Source: Torpedo marmorata
Lineage: Eukaryota
Reading direction: 5' to 3'
Assembly (NCBI GenBank): GCA_977017645.1
Contig: OZ360249.1
Coordinates: 35,092,001 to 35,156,000 of the forward strand
DNA length: 64,000 bases
The first letter of the stretch is position 1. Every line of letters begins with the position of its first letter. Under the pieces are notes generated by a model. It saw nothing but the letters and a program-made list of their open reading frames with translations. It was not told the origin of the DNA and did no database searches. Below, in pieces: positions 36,679 to 50,867 of the stretch. The translations under genes and the position numbers were made by a program.

Positions 36679-36837
36679 TCTCTTTCTCTTTTTCTCTCCC
36701 TCTCTCTTTCTCTCTCTTTCTCTGTATTTTTTGTCAGCTAATCGACTCCCCTTCCTTCATTTTTTTTTCCTGATTTGCCGATCCAAAAAGACAAGACCTT
36801 TTTTTTTTTTGCTGCCTTATAACACTCTGCCCGAGAT
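36190..36837 (+). other. NR2F2: Predicted long 5' UTR with uORFs and pyrimidine tract
   Basis: TSS inferred about 25-30 nt after the TATA. ATGs at 36304, 36438, 36449, 36551 and 36564 each close before the main ATG. Confidence 0.6.
36640..36723. repeat. (CT)n/(CTCTTT)n tract in the 5' UTR
   Basis: Read directly from the sequence. Confidence 0.95.
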
Positions 36838-37249
36838 ATGGCAATGGTAGTTAGTACGTGGCGAGACCCGCAGGACGACGTGGCCGGAGCGCAGGGCACA
36901 CAGCCACCCCCGCCTCAGCAAGGACCGCAACAGCCTTCTGGAGCACCCCTTACCCCGCAGACCCCGGGCCAGCCGGGAGCCCCGGGTACCCCGGCCCAGT
37001 CCAACCAACAGCAAGGCGAGAAACAGCAGCAGCACATCGAGTGTGTGGTATGCGGGGACAAATCGAGCGGCAAACACTACGGCCAGTTCACCTGCGAAGG
37101 CTGCAAGAGTTTCTTTAAAAGAAGTGTGCGCAGAAACCTGACGTACACATGTCGTGCCAACAGGAACTGCCCCATAGACCAACACCACCGCAATCAGTGT
37201 CAGTACTGTCGCCTGAAAAAATGCCTCAAAGTCGGCATGAGACGGGAAG
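36838..37249 (+). CDS. NR2F2: COUP-TFII exon 1 (N-terminus and C4 zinc-finger DNA-binding domain)
   Basis: [13 protein letters not shown]...[34 protein letters not shown]...KVGMRRE. Donor G|GTATTG at 37250, phase 1. Confidence 0.97.
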
Positions 37250-37467
37250 GTATTGAGAATTCATTTATTTCAAATCTTTGAACCGCTTTTATCACCAACC
37301 CCCCCACTCCACCCAGCGAAAAGAAAAGCGCTTGTTTAAATCTATAAAGTTAAAATAGGCTTTCATGCATGCATATTGCAATCAATTGCCATCGTCTGTC
37401 TCCATAGTCTATGGTTGAGAAAGTCATTTTAAGTATTTTTGTAAATTTTATATTTTGCTTTCATTTG

Positions 37468-37508
37468 GCGTGTATGTGTGTGTGAGATAGAGAGAGAAAG
37501 AAAGTGTT

Positions 37509-37542
<34 letters not shown>

Positions 37543-37580
37543 GGGGGGAGAGAGAGATAACTGTGTGTGGGGGAGAGAGT
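37468..37580. repeat. (TG)n/(GA)n compound microsatellite in intron 1
   Basis: Read directly from the sequence. Confidence 0.9.
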
Positions 37581-37975
37581 GCTCGAAAATTGCAAGTTGT
37601 AGATTAACCATAGAAAGCGTGTTTTGATTGTAATCTAATTTGAAAAATGTGTTATATTACACATGAAACTTCACATGAAAAAAGAGGAGGGTGCTAATAA
37701 TGCTCTGTGCAAGTTGCAGCAGTTTGCAGAGTAAAGTCCAGATAGGAAAATAAATCAGCCATTGTTGTAAAATATTTAATCAGTTTTTACACGCTTTAGG
37801 GAAATGACATAGCAAAATTTCATTGCAGTGCTTGGTTTAACATATGCAGTCATGGTTTAAAATATGCAGCATTGTGCTGTGGAATGGGTGAGATTTATTT
37901 AAAAATACAATGTCTGTGGCAGCTCGTTTCTTTTAGTAAATGGCGAGGGATATGTATTGTGTGCAAACTGTCTGA

Positions 37976-38587
<612 letters not shown>

Positions 38588-39811
38588 TGATCTGCAATCA
38601 GAACAGCCATGACATCAGATCAGAATGGAGATGCAGGCAAATGTTCAGCTCTACTTTCAAAGCACTTAACATATTGTCATGCAGTCTCCACATAATGTCT
38701 ATTAATATTGAATGACTGAAAAGTCTCCTTGATTTAGCAAAATACGTTTGCAAATATAATGAAAACACCGTGAGCTTTTTAACCATTTGTAATAATTTAT
38801 GCCATGTGCAGTTGCTGCATATTTTCCAACATTTTGCACGGGAACGTGCATTAAGATATTTTAACAGTGTGTAAATGTACGTTTGAAAAGAGAACAAATT
38901 ACAATTTTTTTCATATTTCACAGAGTAGGTTAATTACTTTTACATTGAGTTCAACATTGCTGACTTTAGGTTATAATAGCAGCAAAGCCGTTCATTTAGG
39001 GCCAGTGTAAAGCTTTCAGGGATTGATATCAGGAAACAGAACATTTTACTTTCTGTGGGAAAGCGGTTAACAACCCCTTCCTTGTGTCAGGGTGATCTGG
39101 GGATCTGGAGGACTCTCTGGACCCTTTCCAGTGCTCGAGCCGTGACCCAAACTTCCTTTTTCCATATTATTACTTCACACATAAAAAACGACGTCTTTCC
39201 AAAATGTCTTTTTTAAAAAAAAACCAAACTAGTCAAATTAAAGTGAACGTTCAGTTAGAGAAAAACAATATCCAGGCGACTGAGTTTAAGTAAGGGTGAC
39301 GTTTTGTGTGTTTGCTTTAAGTTATGCCATGCCAGGTTTTATGAAGTAGTATTTTCTTAGTCTTTTTTTATACTTGAATTACTAACCAGCTTGGAAACAC
39401 TTTTAAATGTTATGCGGTTTATTTTGTTTGTTCAGTCTACTTGATCCTACTCAACCAAGAGCAATCGATGACATTACCATAGCAGTTAATTTATTACTAT
39501 TTGTAAAATGTCAGGCCTTGTGTGCAGCGAAGCAAACTCACTGTTTTGTGAGCACTTTGGTGTTACATGCAGACGAAAAATATATTTGTATACATGCATG
39601 TAAATGTACACGCTGTTCGCGAGTGCAAGCTAAATGTGTTTTGAGTTTACAAACGCAAAAATAAAGTATTATGTAAAATGTGGTTGTGAATGGTTGTTGT
39701 ATCTGTGCCTTGTGTCTTCTTTGATGCCTGTAATAATATGCGTCTGCTGGCCTGGGTTTGCAGTATTGCAAGATGCAATGGCTAGGTCAGGTCATAACCT
39801 ATGCTCTCTAA

Positions 39812-40192
<381 letters not shown>

Positions 40193-41870
40193 ATAGGATG
40201 GGGAAAAAAAGGCAAGTGACATTATTTTGCAAATTCCTTCTGTCAAGAAGGAAATAAAAGGCTGTTACAAGTTTACCTATGTGACACAAAAAATTGAAGA
40301 GAGGGAAGAATAAAAAGGACTGTGGATTTCAATGACTGTACACGAACTAAAAAAAACGCATTCAAAAACTCTCCTGTATCGTTCAGAACAACTTGCTACT
40401 TATCATTTTGTAACGAAAGGAATTTAGTCTTTTATTTTGGTTTATTTTGTAAACTTTTGAGAAATATCGATATAAAGATAAGTGCATTTAAACAAGAATT
40501 TCAAAATTAGAAGGAAAGAAAAATAACATTTTCCAAATTATTATAAATTGTCCGGTGTCTATGTATCTATAGCTGTTTTGTATTTTTCCTGGTTTCAAAC
40601 CAGTCTCCTATGTGATTCTCTACTAATAATTTTGATATAACCATTGCTTCTTATCAGATACGGTGTATCACGTAAATATGTTCTGCAAGAATTAAAACTG
40701 AATCCGCTAAAATGTTAGATGAAAAGGTTTTTTTTACAGAATTGCAACTTAATGCTGGAAGCGCACTTATAGTGTTAACTCGAAAGACGTTTAATTTGGG
40801 GGAAATTGACTGCAGACCAATATTAAATGATACACACTTGTAATTTAAAAATCCATTGTTGAAAACTCGTTAATATTGACATGTGGGGGAGGGGGCGGGA
40901 GTATAATGTGGGTATATATATCTGAAAGCAAAAATATTTGATGTGTCCAAGACACAGTGCAATTTTTTTTCATTAAATTTACGTGGCTCGATTTAGTTCC
41001 TGTTGCAGTATAGAATCGTACGAGGCTCCAAAACATGCCCGTTTTTGTATATTTCCCATCCATTTGTAACAATTATAAATCCTTCGCCCTTTTAAAGGAA
41101 AAAAAAATACCGCAATTTCTTTTCTTGGATTCAGCATGGAACTCTATGTCGGCACTTACTATTTGACATGTGGTTAATTAAGTATCTGGAGTTTACAGTC
41201 GTGTATACAAACTGAAGGGTTTTTTAAGTGCAAATTTTCTGTACTGTAAAAGTTCTGATTGGATTGTTTGGTCAGTCTTGTGTGTTATATTCAAAAAAAA
41301 TGAAAGTATTCGGAGATTATAATATCATTTGATATATGGAACTTTTCGCTGTTACAATTGTATGTTCACCCAAGGGAAAAAAATCTCATTACATTGGTCA
41401 AACATCGCAGTTTACTGGAGTCATTACAATTCGTGCATTATTTGTCTTATTTACTCTATATACCTGTATAGTTTACTGCCACAGTCTGTAGTAGTGGACA
41501 AACTACATGCGTTTTCAATGAAAGGCTAAATCGTGGATTCATGCTGCTCCTTGCTTTTAGGTTTTAGCAATGACACCCTAAAGATACTGTCACATGGCCC
41601 CTGTACTTACACGTTGTACCCCTTCCTTTTAAAATTCAAAATGCCACGGGGATTTTGACCACCGACCCTTATTTTGTTCTAACTTAAGTGCCTGTGCAAC
41701 CAATGTACATTAGACAGGTGTTAGGAAGCATGGATCATTATGTGTTTTAATGGTCAGGACTTTGTTTTGAAGCTTATTGTGTCTAAAGTTCACGCACAGA
41801 ACACACTTAAACAAGCAATTGCTACTAGGAACAGTGTTGATTGTAAATAAAATATATTAAATGAGATTTA
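40193..41870 (+). other. NR2F2: Predicted NR2F2 3' UTR
   Basis: AU-rich with miRNA seed matches. Candidate AATAAA at 41846-41851 and another at 42029-42034. The true end is uncertain. Confidence 0.55.
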
Positions 41871-43255
41871 TTCAAAAAAGTATGTCTGGAAAAAATGTGG
41901 TTGCCAATTTTTGTTATTGGAAGATCTTCAAACAGAGGATGATGTGGCTGACGTTTGATGTGTAGCACTACAAGTGAGCCTGATTTTATGTATATAAATA
42001 TAAATTCATTTGGATTTTTATATGTGGGAATAAACTGTGAGAGCATGGCCACAGGTCGCTAACACATTTTACATTTGTTACATACATGTAAATGTTTGAA
42101 TTGTATAGAGGATATACATTTGGGCGAATGATTGCCTTCAGTGCTCCCATATACCCTNNNNNNNNNNNNNNNNNNNNNNNNNNNNNNNNNNNNNNNNNNN
42201 NNNNNNNNNNNNNNNNNNNNNNNNNNNNNNNNNNNNNNNNNNNNNNNNNNNNNNNNNNNNNNNNNNNNNNNNNNNNNNNNNNNNNGCTGGTTTGGGTTGG
42301 CCAAGCCATTTGTTCCGAGCTTTTCCGGTAGTGCTGCTAACTACACTGCAGTGTGAAAACTTGCATTTTGTCCCCCTTTTTAAAAAAAAAGAAAAAAAGA
42401 CATTTTTTTTTTGTGTGTGGCTGTCCAGCCACATTCTACATCATGTTGTGGTTGCACAGAAAAAAAAGAATCATTTTGTATAGTTGATGGAACAGTGATC
42501 TTTACCTGTTATAGAGACAGATCTGGACCAGAAATGATGTATGATTGTGATTATTAACACGTTTGCAGCTGACCCACGGTTTTTTTTTTACTTCAGGGTA
42601 TTGCTACGCTGTTCTAACTTATAGATCGAGCCTTTTCAGATGTTTTTTATTGCGAGTAATATGTGTGTGGAGTTACTACGCCAGACTCCTGTTTGTGTTA
42701 GCTATTGTATACAGCGTTTTGTTGTAAATTGTTCTTGGTATTAAATTATAATTTATGGCTTTGAATTAAAGTCTCTCCCTGTTTCATTCCCTCTTTTCTT
42801 AACTTAAATATTGATAAATCGAAGCTTTCATCATAACCAACGATTCTGGATACAATCTGTACATTGCACGAAACTGTATTGCGTACAGTAAAGTTCCACT
42901 ATTGTAAGTTGCTGGATAATCTGCTCTACATTTAGTTTAGGATAGTTTATAAATAATAATGCCCCTCTCCGTCGCATCTCCTCCACACTAAGAAAAAAAA
43001 GTTTTCCCTTTTCTCGCTGCGTTGGAACAATAAAATTAACCCGGGGGTGAAACTGACAAAAGGGATTGAAATTGACGAGCTTGTCCTTTAACTGGCGAGA
43101 TCTGAGGCCGCTGAAATATGGTGACGCTCCCCTGAAGTGTCCATTTTTTTTTCCTGCGGCTTTTTTAAAAATCTGATCTTACTTCGCATTTCTGTGCTAG
43201 GGGTTAAAAGAAACCAGCCAAACATGACCTGCAAGCTAGTACGGCTCCGGCGTGC

Positions 43256-43346
43256 ACCCCTACCCACCCAACCCCCACCCCCACCCTCTCTCTCTCCCCC
43301 CCCCCCCCCTCTCTCTCAAACACACACACACACACACACACACACA
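43256..43346. repeat. C-rich/(CT)n/(CA)n compound repeat
   Basis: Read directly from the sequence. Confidence 0.9.
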
Positions 43347-46300
43347 ACCTTGCAGCGAGTGGAGGGAGGTCTGGGCAATGTGACTTCACTCGGCATGCTC
43401 AGTAACCCAAATGATTTGCCTTTAACCGCTAATGACCAAACCTCGGCAATTCTGAAGGGTGGGGGCATATCAGATCATGTTTTACAACGCGGCTAGGCGA
43501 TCTTTAAACATCAACAAAAAGCCCCATTAAGAGGATATAACTCAATATTATACCACCTGCACGGCATCAAACCCAGTGCGATCTCCAAACGCTGCTTTAA
43601 AACGTAGCGTTCGTATTGCAGCATGAAGTTTGGTGCATTCTTTCTCTGTTTGTCTTTTAATGTATTTTATTGGGAGGTGGCAGGGGTGGGGGTGGGATTG
43701 TATTTGTAATCGGAGATCGAGCGTGTGAAAGCATGCGTTCAGCCGGCTGGGTTTTAGTGTCCTGTTAGCAACCCAACATGGCGTCGTGTAATATGCTGCC
43801 GTCTCCAGGCGAGTGGTAATAGGAAACACATTTCATCCCCCCTCTACTATTTACGCACAGAACCGCTCTGCTAAAACTATTAACACTGAGCTCGGGTTTA
43901 ATGTAAATATATATATTATATGCATACATATTATATTTATTTGCAATCGGTTCTGAGAGCGATCCAAAGGGGAAATAGAGGAGACTCGGTCTGTTGCTGG
44001 AAGTGCAGTTGTTTTCGCTAAAGACAGCCAGGTTTTACCCCGTGCAGTCCTCGAGGTAAAAAGGCCCGACGTTTCACGCGATCCTATTGTGGTTTGACAT
44101 TTAAATATGCAAAAATCGGCAGCCTCAATTCAATCTCGACCCCAGTTTTATTCATATAGAGGCGAATGCACAAGCACAAAACTATCGTACACATGTGTCT
44201 TTAATGCACGATTTGCATTACGGCGCCCCATATACCTCTCACTTCTTCATTATTTTTTTTATATTGCAAAGGCCGAAAGGGTTAACTTCAATCCTGAGCA
44301 GATCAGCTTAATGGTGCGTTGACAAAGCCAAAAAAGAAAAGACACAAGTGATTAAACAAAGTTTGGATTCCCCGTGCCACCGACTTAAGGGAAATACATT
44401 TACAGCCTTCGAGACGCAGACACGATCAGAATTCTAAACCCCTGCGAGCATTTATTTATTTAAACTGGGCTGAAAGTTGCTTCAGATGATTCTTCCCCCC
44501 CCCCCTTATTTTCTCGAATTTCAAAGCCTCCCTACTGCGCTGTTACCTAATTAATGGTGAAACGCAACTCAATCTAATTACTCAGTAATTTTAAAGCAGT
44601 TAAATCTGGGCGTTGGTTGTAACAGGATTCGAGTTGATGAAAGAAAGTTTACTTGAAATGTGTGCCTGTGTAGCCTCAATCAATATAAATGTATTAATTA
44701 AATAAAAAGATCGCCAGAATATTCTTTAGAGATCCGGCCTTTAAAAAAAGAGTGGCGTTTAAGGCACACGAAGGGCAATATCAGAGAATCGATAAGGTAT
44801 CTTGCAAAATTTCAGTTACATACCTATAATCCAACGATTATATTTTAATATATTTTTAACGCAAAGATGATTGCCATTATACTCACAACCTCAAAGGGAC
44901 TGAAAATGCAATTTTGCAGCAATTTGTATCATGGTTCTAGTGGGCTGATTTTAGTTGACAACGCGTGTGCTGGGTTTGAACTCTATAATTTGCACTTATG
45001 TCTCCGTATTAGGATCGTACAGCGAACTAATGAGCTCTCGCTTAGTCGAATGTCACATTTATTTATTTTCTTCAGACGAAAGTTTCAGAAAAAAAGCGAA
45101 GGGTTTACACAAAAAAATCTCAGCGCTTCTAGGTCCAGCCCGAGTCCACGTATTTTATGAAGGGTTTTCTTTAAAATAGGAAGTGTCAAGAAGAATGGCG
45201 GTGCAGTTTACCACTTACCTTACACTTAGAAAATGGAAGTATAATCAATAAGAGAGCCTTGTGCTCATGAAACAGCACACACACGCACACAGATCTAACA
45301 TAGTTTGACTTTAAAGCAATTAGTAAAATATTAACATTACCAGAGGCACAATTTTTTTTAAAATGCGAGAGCTTTGAATAAGTGCAGTTTTCCACGTTAC
45401 GCATTGTTTGGGTTATAGCGAGTGACTACTGGCTAAATTTAAAAGCATTTTACGCGAGTTTCATCGTTTCTCCCCATTTTTTTCTCCGTGGAAGGCAATG
45501 TATCTTAAACAGTTTTACCTTTTCAAGGAAGATAGAATAAATATATTGACAACTCAAAAATTGTTACACTGCGGATGTACAATCTATCTTCCACTGTCTC
45601 CCTCTCACGCTCGCACACATACATATTTACAGGTATATACTTTCTGTGAAACTCGCATTAAGGTTCACTTTAATACATGGTGTTAAATATAAACAGGATC
45701 GCGAACTGTATCCTGGACGATCCAACGCCATGTGTTTTATCAAGGCACTCGCAATTATCCAGCTGAGGTGTGTGATTGAAATAGATTATGTTGTTCTGCC
45801 AAATAAAAAGGCTGCTACGTTGTGATTCATATTCATCTCTTGAATGCACATTTGTTTGACGCGATGAAGCACTTTTTAAAGAAAGATAACCAGATTACCA
45901 ATGCCTTTAATGCTCAGTTTCTAAGTTTATACAATCAGACACCCCACGCTCTCTCTAAAAGCATTTAATAAATGTCTATTAAAGTGCTACAAAAACGAGA
46001 TAAATTTACTGTAACTGCCGCCTTACAGGAAATAAATGCTAATGATGGATTTACCATTAGGGATTCGCCTTCAGCCCAACAGACTGTTCTATGCGGCCCA
46101 GTCCTCCAAAATTCACAGCTTCTGCACTATTTATTTCAGTTCAAATTGACATTTCTTTGGACGGGAATTAATTTATTGACAACCCCATGGAATAATGCTT
46201 CCTTTTTCTACAATATTCACGTCTCCGATTTTTCTTCATAAACCTGTGATTTGCAAATTCCTTTGTGCGAACTTTTACAAGCTTCATTGAGATGTCTATG

Positions 46301-47378
46301 TTCTGCTTGTCTGTCAAGTTATCTCTGTGCACACAAAGAAAGTGCTTCTAAATGGACTTTGTGCTCAGCGTGTGTGCTCTCTAAATGTTAGAAAATTGTG
46401 CCATCTACCCGTTATTCACAGAATTGTCACTTAAGGACCTACTTCGGGTTTCAACGACAAATTATACACGACGAGAACACAAATGCTTTCAAAGTGGGAA
46501 AAGGCTTTATTATCTTCATACCTGCACCCTGATAGAAGTTAACCGGTCGTACTTGGGTTTTTTTTTTCATAATTGCGAACCGCCCGCTTTATTGAAACCC
46601 GTTCAATATTAACCACCTGTTAAGATCGGTCTAAAAATCTCGCAGGTTCACTGTAATACTGTGCACATTACGTCAATCGTCGCCATCCACAACGGAAAGA
46701 ACGGAGTCTAAAATATCTATAATTGCGTTGTTGTATTGTGCTTGCGTCTGAATTGTTAAAACTTTGAGATGTGTGTAAATTGGTTAGACGCTAATGTTTT
46801 CTCACGCATGCATCTCCAAAGAAAGAAATGCTGTAACAGCTCATCTTGCACCAACTTTATGCCGCAACATCTCTGGTTTGTCCTCGATAGCCAGCTTATC
46901 CCTCTGTTTCAAAAAAAAATAAAGTTTAGTTTCACGAGGAATGGGCATGAATAAAAAAACACATTCAAACACAATAATACATGCTTGCGCTTCTACAATT
47001 TTGCACGTCAATAATAAACGCGGAGTACGTCCTATATATTCAGCAAACAAGCATTTGTCCAAATATCCACATATTATTACATCTGTTCCCTTTTAAAGCT
47101 TTCTTAAAATTTCCACTGACACTCTTATCGCCAGTCCTCAGTCGTGGAGGAGCGCTTGAGAATGGATTGATTGTTGTAAAACGCCAGCAATCTTTATTGC
47201 GGGAATCTGTATCAACACAGACAAGGGCATTATTTCAAGTAAATTCTCATGATACTAGCTTTGCAACTTTGGTGTTGAATATAGTTGAAGTCGACATCAT
47301 CACCGCAAGGTCCATTTGAGCACACTGGACTTGTATTCAACAGAGTTTGCTTAGAATATTTGTTGTTCCAAATCTTAT

Positions 47379-47382
<4 letters not shown>

Positions 47383-47412
<30 letters not shown>
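47383..47412. repeat. (CT)n microsatellite
   Basis: Read directly from the sequence. Confidence 0.95.
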
Positions 47413-47414
<2 letters not shown>

Positions 47415-48030
47415 GGCATTTAGACATACTAACACAAAGTAAATAATTAAAAGGACACTTGGATTTTAACAGGATTTCCATACAAATTCATAAGAGTACT
47501 CTGGAAATACAGAGTTGATTGTTAACAAAAGTTGTTGGTTTGTGAGTGGTTCAGTGCTGAAGATGAGGTTGATTATATCATTGCTATGCAGCATAAATAA
47601 GACGTTCTGGGAGCCCTGGGTCAACAATCGATCCCTTCCAATGTAACGAAAGGACGGGTTAATATTGTCTCATTAGCATTCCCATTGCACGACCCTACAG
47701 ATTGACAACTAACACTGATGCATTGGCTCTGAGCTTATTTTAAAATAGATACCCAATCACCAAACACGAGTCTTAGGTCCATACGTGTCGTTATTTTTAT
47801 TACTCATAAAAGAAGACAATCTAATCCTCCCAAATCACCCCTTTCTTAAAATTTATTTACGTTGCTTTTCATTTATTTATTTATATTTGTCCTCTCCTCC
47901 TCTTTCCCATATAGTTCCTTCCCAGTGAACCCCAACCTCAAATTATATTTCGTTCTCTCAACACATGCCTCTTACTGTGCATTAGAAGAGATTTCGTCGA
48001 CTCTAAACTGGCAAAGTTCAGATTGAGGGG

Positions 48031-48031
<1 letters not shown>

Positions 48032-48078
<47 letters not shown>
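48032..48078. repeat. (TG)n microsatellite
   Basis: Read directly from the sequence. Confidence 0.95.
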
Positions 48079-48079
<1 letters not shown>

Positions 48080-50114
48080 TATGGGGAGGGGGTTGGTAGT
48101 TGAGGGTGGAGGTGGGGGCAACAGTCCCCCGACGAACAAAAGGATGCTTGGGCTTGAAAACTATAGCAGGAATATGAAAATCGCAGTTTCGACTGGTGTA
48201 TGTATGTGTATGTACGTGTGTCTCTGTGTCTGTATCGCTGTGTGTGTTTCTGCCTGTGTTTTAAAGGTTCCTTTGAACTGCCTTTGTGCTGAGTCGGCGC
48301 TGCTTTTTGCCAATGCAAGTCACGGTCATACGAACTTTGTGTTAACCTCTTATGTCGAATGAATCTTTTCATTTGGAAACCCATAAATCTCATTCCGTAG
48401 CTCCTTTTGTGCGGCACGCTACGACTTAGTAAACCAAGTGTGCGCCGGACAACAACTAAAAAAAATAAAGCAGAAAAAAGTTGCAACCGGTAAAAAAAAG
48501 TTCAACTTTAAAAAAAGATTCCAGTGTAAAGTGCGGAACTGGCTGTTCGCAGGAGGAACGAGGAAGAAAACGGAGTGGAAACGAAGCTCAGCACTCACAA
48601 CCACAGTAAGCAAGCTATTTTCTAAAAAGCTCCTTCAAGGTTTACATGGAGACGATGATTTATCGTACTGAAACAGTCATTATTTTGGTGAATTTCAAGT
48701 AGTTAGAGACCTGCTGTGATTTGAGCCAAGAAGGTAGAAATCGGATAAAGAACTGGAAGTGAGAGAAAGGGAGATGTAGAGGAAGACGGAAAATAAATAA
48801 ACAAATGGTCATTTTAGAAGGATGTTTGTAAATGAGGTGAACAGCGACACACACACCGAAAATAATATTTTAACTGAAGTTTATGTTGAACTGTCAGCAG
48901 TTGGGATTGGGGGAAGGGCCGTAAACGTGCATGCGCGNNNNNNNNNNNNNNNNNNNNNNNNNNNNNNNNNNNNNNNNNNNNNNNNNNNNNNNNNNNNNNN
49001 NNNNNNNNNNNNNNNNNNNNNNNNNNNNNNNNNNNNNNNNNNNNNNNNNNNNNNNNNNNNNNNNNNNNNNNNNNNNNNGACCTGCAAAAGTCTCGAAAGG
49101 GAACTGATAATTTTCAATTAAACCATGACTGTTACACTGGTCATTCCAAGATGTGATGCTATCATTTCTGTTATGACTGTAAGTGAGCTGTATTGTGTGG
49201 CGGGGTTTAGATTTATTTTTACATATTTCATTCAGTTATCGGCAGCGACGGTCAGTTCGTTCAGTCCGTTTGGAGCCTATTGAAATACTTTCATCCGCTA
49301 GACGTTCTCTAGATTTCGGCTCGCCAATCTGTTGGGTTGCGCTGTATTGCCGAGACCCATTTATTCGTATTTCTTTCGCCTTCATATTTGTTTCCTTCTT
49401 CTCCCTCTATCTCTACCTGCGTACGCTTTATTATTAAAGCTTCCTTTCCATCGACTCTCCCACCCAACCCCCGCCCTTTTCGAATCCTTCTATCATTCGC
49501 CATCATTGCGGGACAGCTGTGCTTATCACTACCGGTACAGAAGGGTCCATTCGTCTTTGAGTGTTCCACTCAGGGTGTTATTAATTGCCACTACAATGCT
49601 GGTGATTTTTAACTAATAACAAAGTTGTAAATTAACGCGTTCCTTCAAATATTTCTAATTTGTCAACACTGATTGATTTGATTAATACTCCTCTTGTATA
49701 AATAACGTTGCAACAGACATATCTGCTGCGAGACTATTAATGCAGGCCGGTACTTTCATATCAAAAAATAAATGACACTGTTGTATTTTTGTGTTAGTGC
49801 CATCATCGGCACTGCCGTTAAAATAACGACCGCACGACTAAAATCTCCATTCACCTTAGTTTTGAACAGCAGTTTGTCCTACGCGCCTGTACCTTACGGT
49901 AAGTGGTACAGTACTGCATCTACGAAGTGCAATCTGCATTTGTTTACGTCGATCGTTTGCACAACACAGATCTTGACCACACCACGTTCCAATATGTTTA
50001 TTCTTTAAATAAATCCTAGGTGCAGTAAAGCAGTACTGATGCTTGAATGCAGCTTGGAGATCACCTGGAAGTCAATAGAATACTGTTAAACGTCGACCTC
50101 TACTCCATTGGACA

Positions 50115-50189
50115 CCCCCCCCCCCTACCCCCCCCCCCCCCTCCCCAACAACTCCCTCCCCTCCACCAGCACCCATTTTGAGATCAAGC

Positions 50190-50224
<35 letters not shown>
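50115..50224. repeat. poly(C) runs followed by (GA)n
   Basis: Read directly from the sequence. Confidence 0.9.
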
Positions 50225-50226
<2 letters not shown>

Positions 50227-50735
50227 TTGAATCGTCTCAAAGGAGGGTTAAAAAGCTTGAAAGAATTGCACGCTCTGATGATGAACCTACTGCCAGCGTT
50301 AAGCCTTTAAGCCCTTTGGCGCATACTGACACTTCTGTGTTGGTAAACAGTAACTAAGATTTGCAAAGTTCCCTCGTCTGTGAGCACTTTTTGTTTCATC
50401 CCATTTCCATCGCCTTCTCTAAATTTTGACAACCAAAATTTTACATGAATTCTAAATACATCGATTTTTCTTCTTCATTACTTGAAAACTAAGCACAGAA
50501 AACTTTCAACTTAGACGGATCTGGAACTTCTAGGTAAAGTAGAAAGGACCAAGAGTCCACTTTATATGCCTTATCAACAGTCATATTAGGAATATAAATA
50601 TGCATGTGAGAGACAAACCTTCCACAGGAATGGAAGCTAAGCAGAAATTTCATCTCCTCTGATAAATAAATTACAAGTCCATAAATATATGTTCATATAC
50701 ACACACTATAATGATGTTCATACAATACATTTATT

Positions 50736-50806
50736 TGTGTGCGTGTGCATGTGTGTGTGTGCGGGCGTGTGCGTGAGCATGTGAATGTGCGTGTGTGCGT
50801 GCGTGC

Positions 50807-50863
<57 letters not shown>
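50736..50863. repeat. (TG)/(CG) alternating purine-pyrimidine tract
   Basis: Mixed gtgc repeats, a pure (GC)n core near 50805-50820, then (GT)n. Confidence 0.95.

Positions 50864-50867
<4 letters not shown>

Noticed and set aside
36817-37188. Antisense and alternative-frame ORFs over exon 1
   Set aside because: They are shadows of GC-rich coding sequence with no recognisable domain.
37250-37281. Exon 1 ORF extension ([10 protein letters not shown]) as the real C-terminus
   Set aside because: It is read-through past a canonical GT donor at the conserved intron position.
40319-40326. miR-27 site in the proximal 3' UTR
   Set aside because: The sequence is ACTGTGG, not the required ACTGTGA.
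48033-48362. Low-complexity ORFs (CVCV, SLSL, HTHT, ERER) here and at 36475, 43137, 47230 and 50731
   Set aside because: They are translations of microsatellites.
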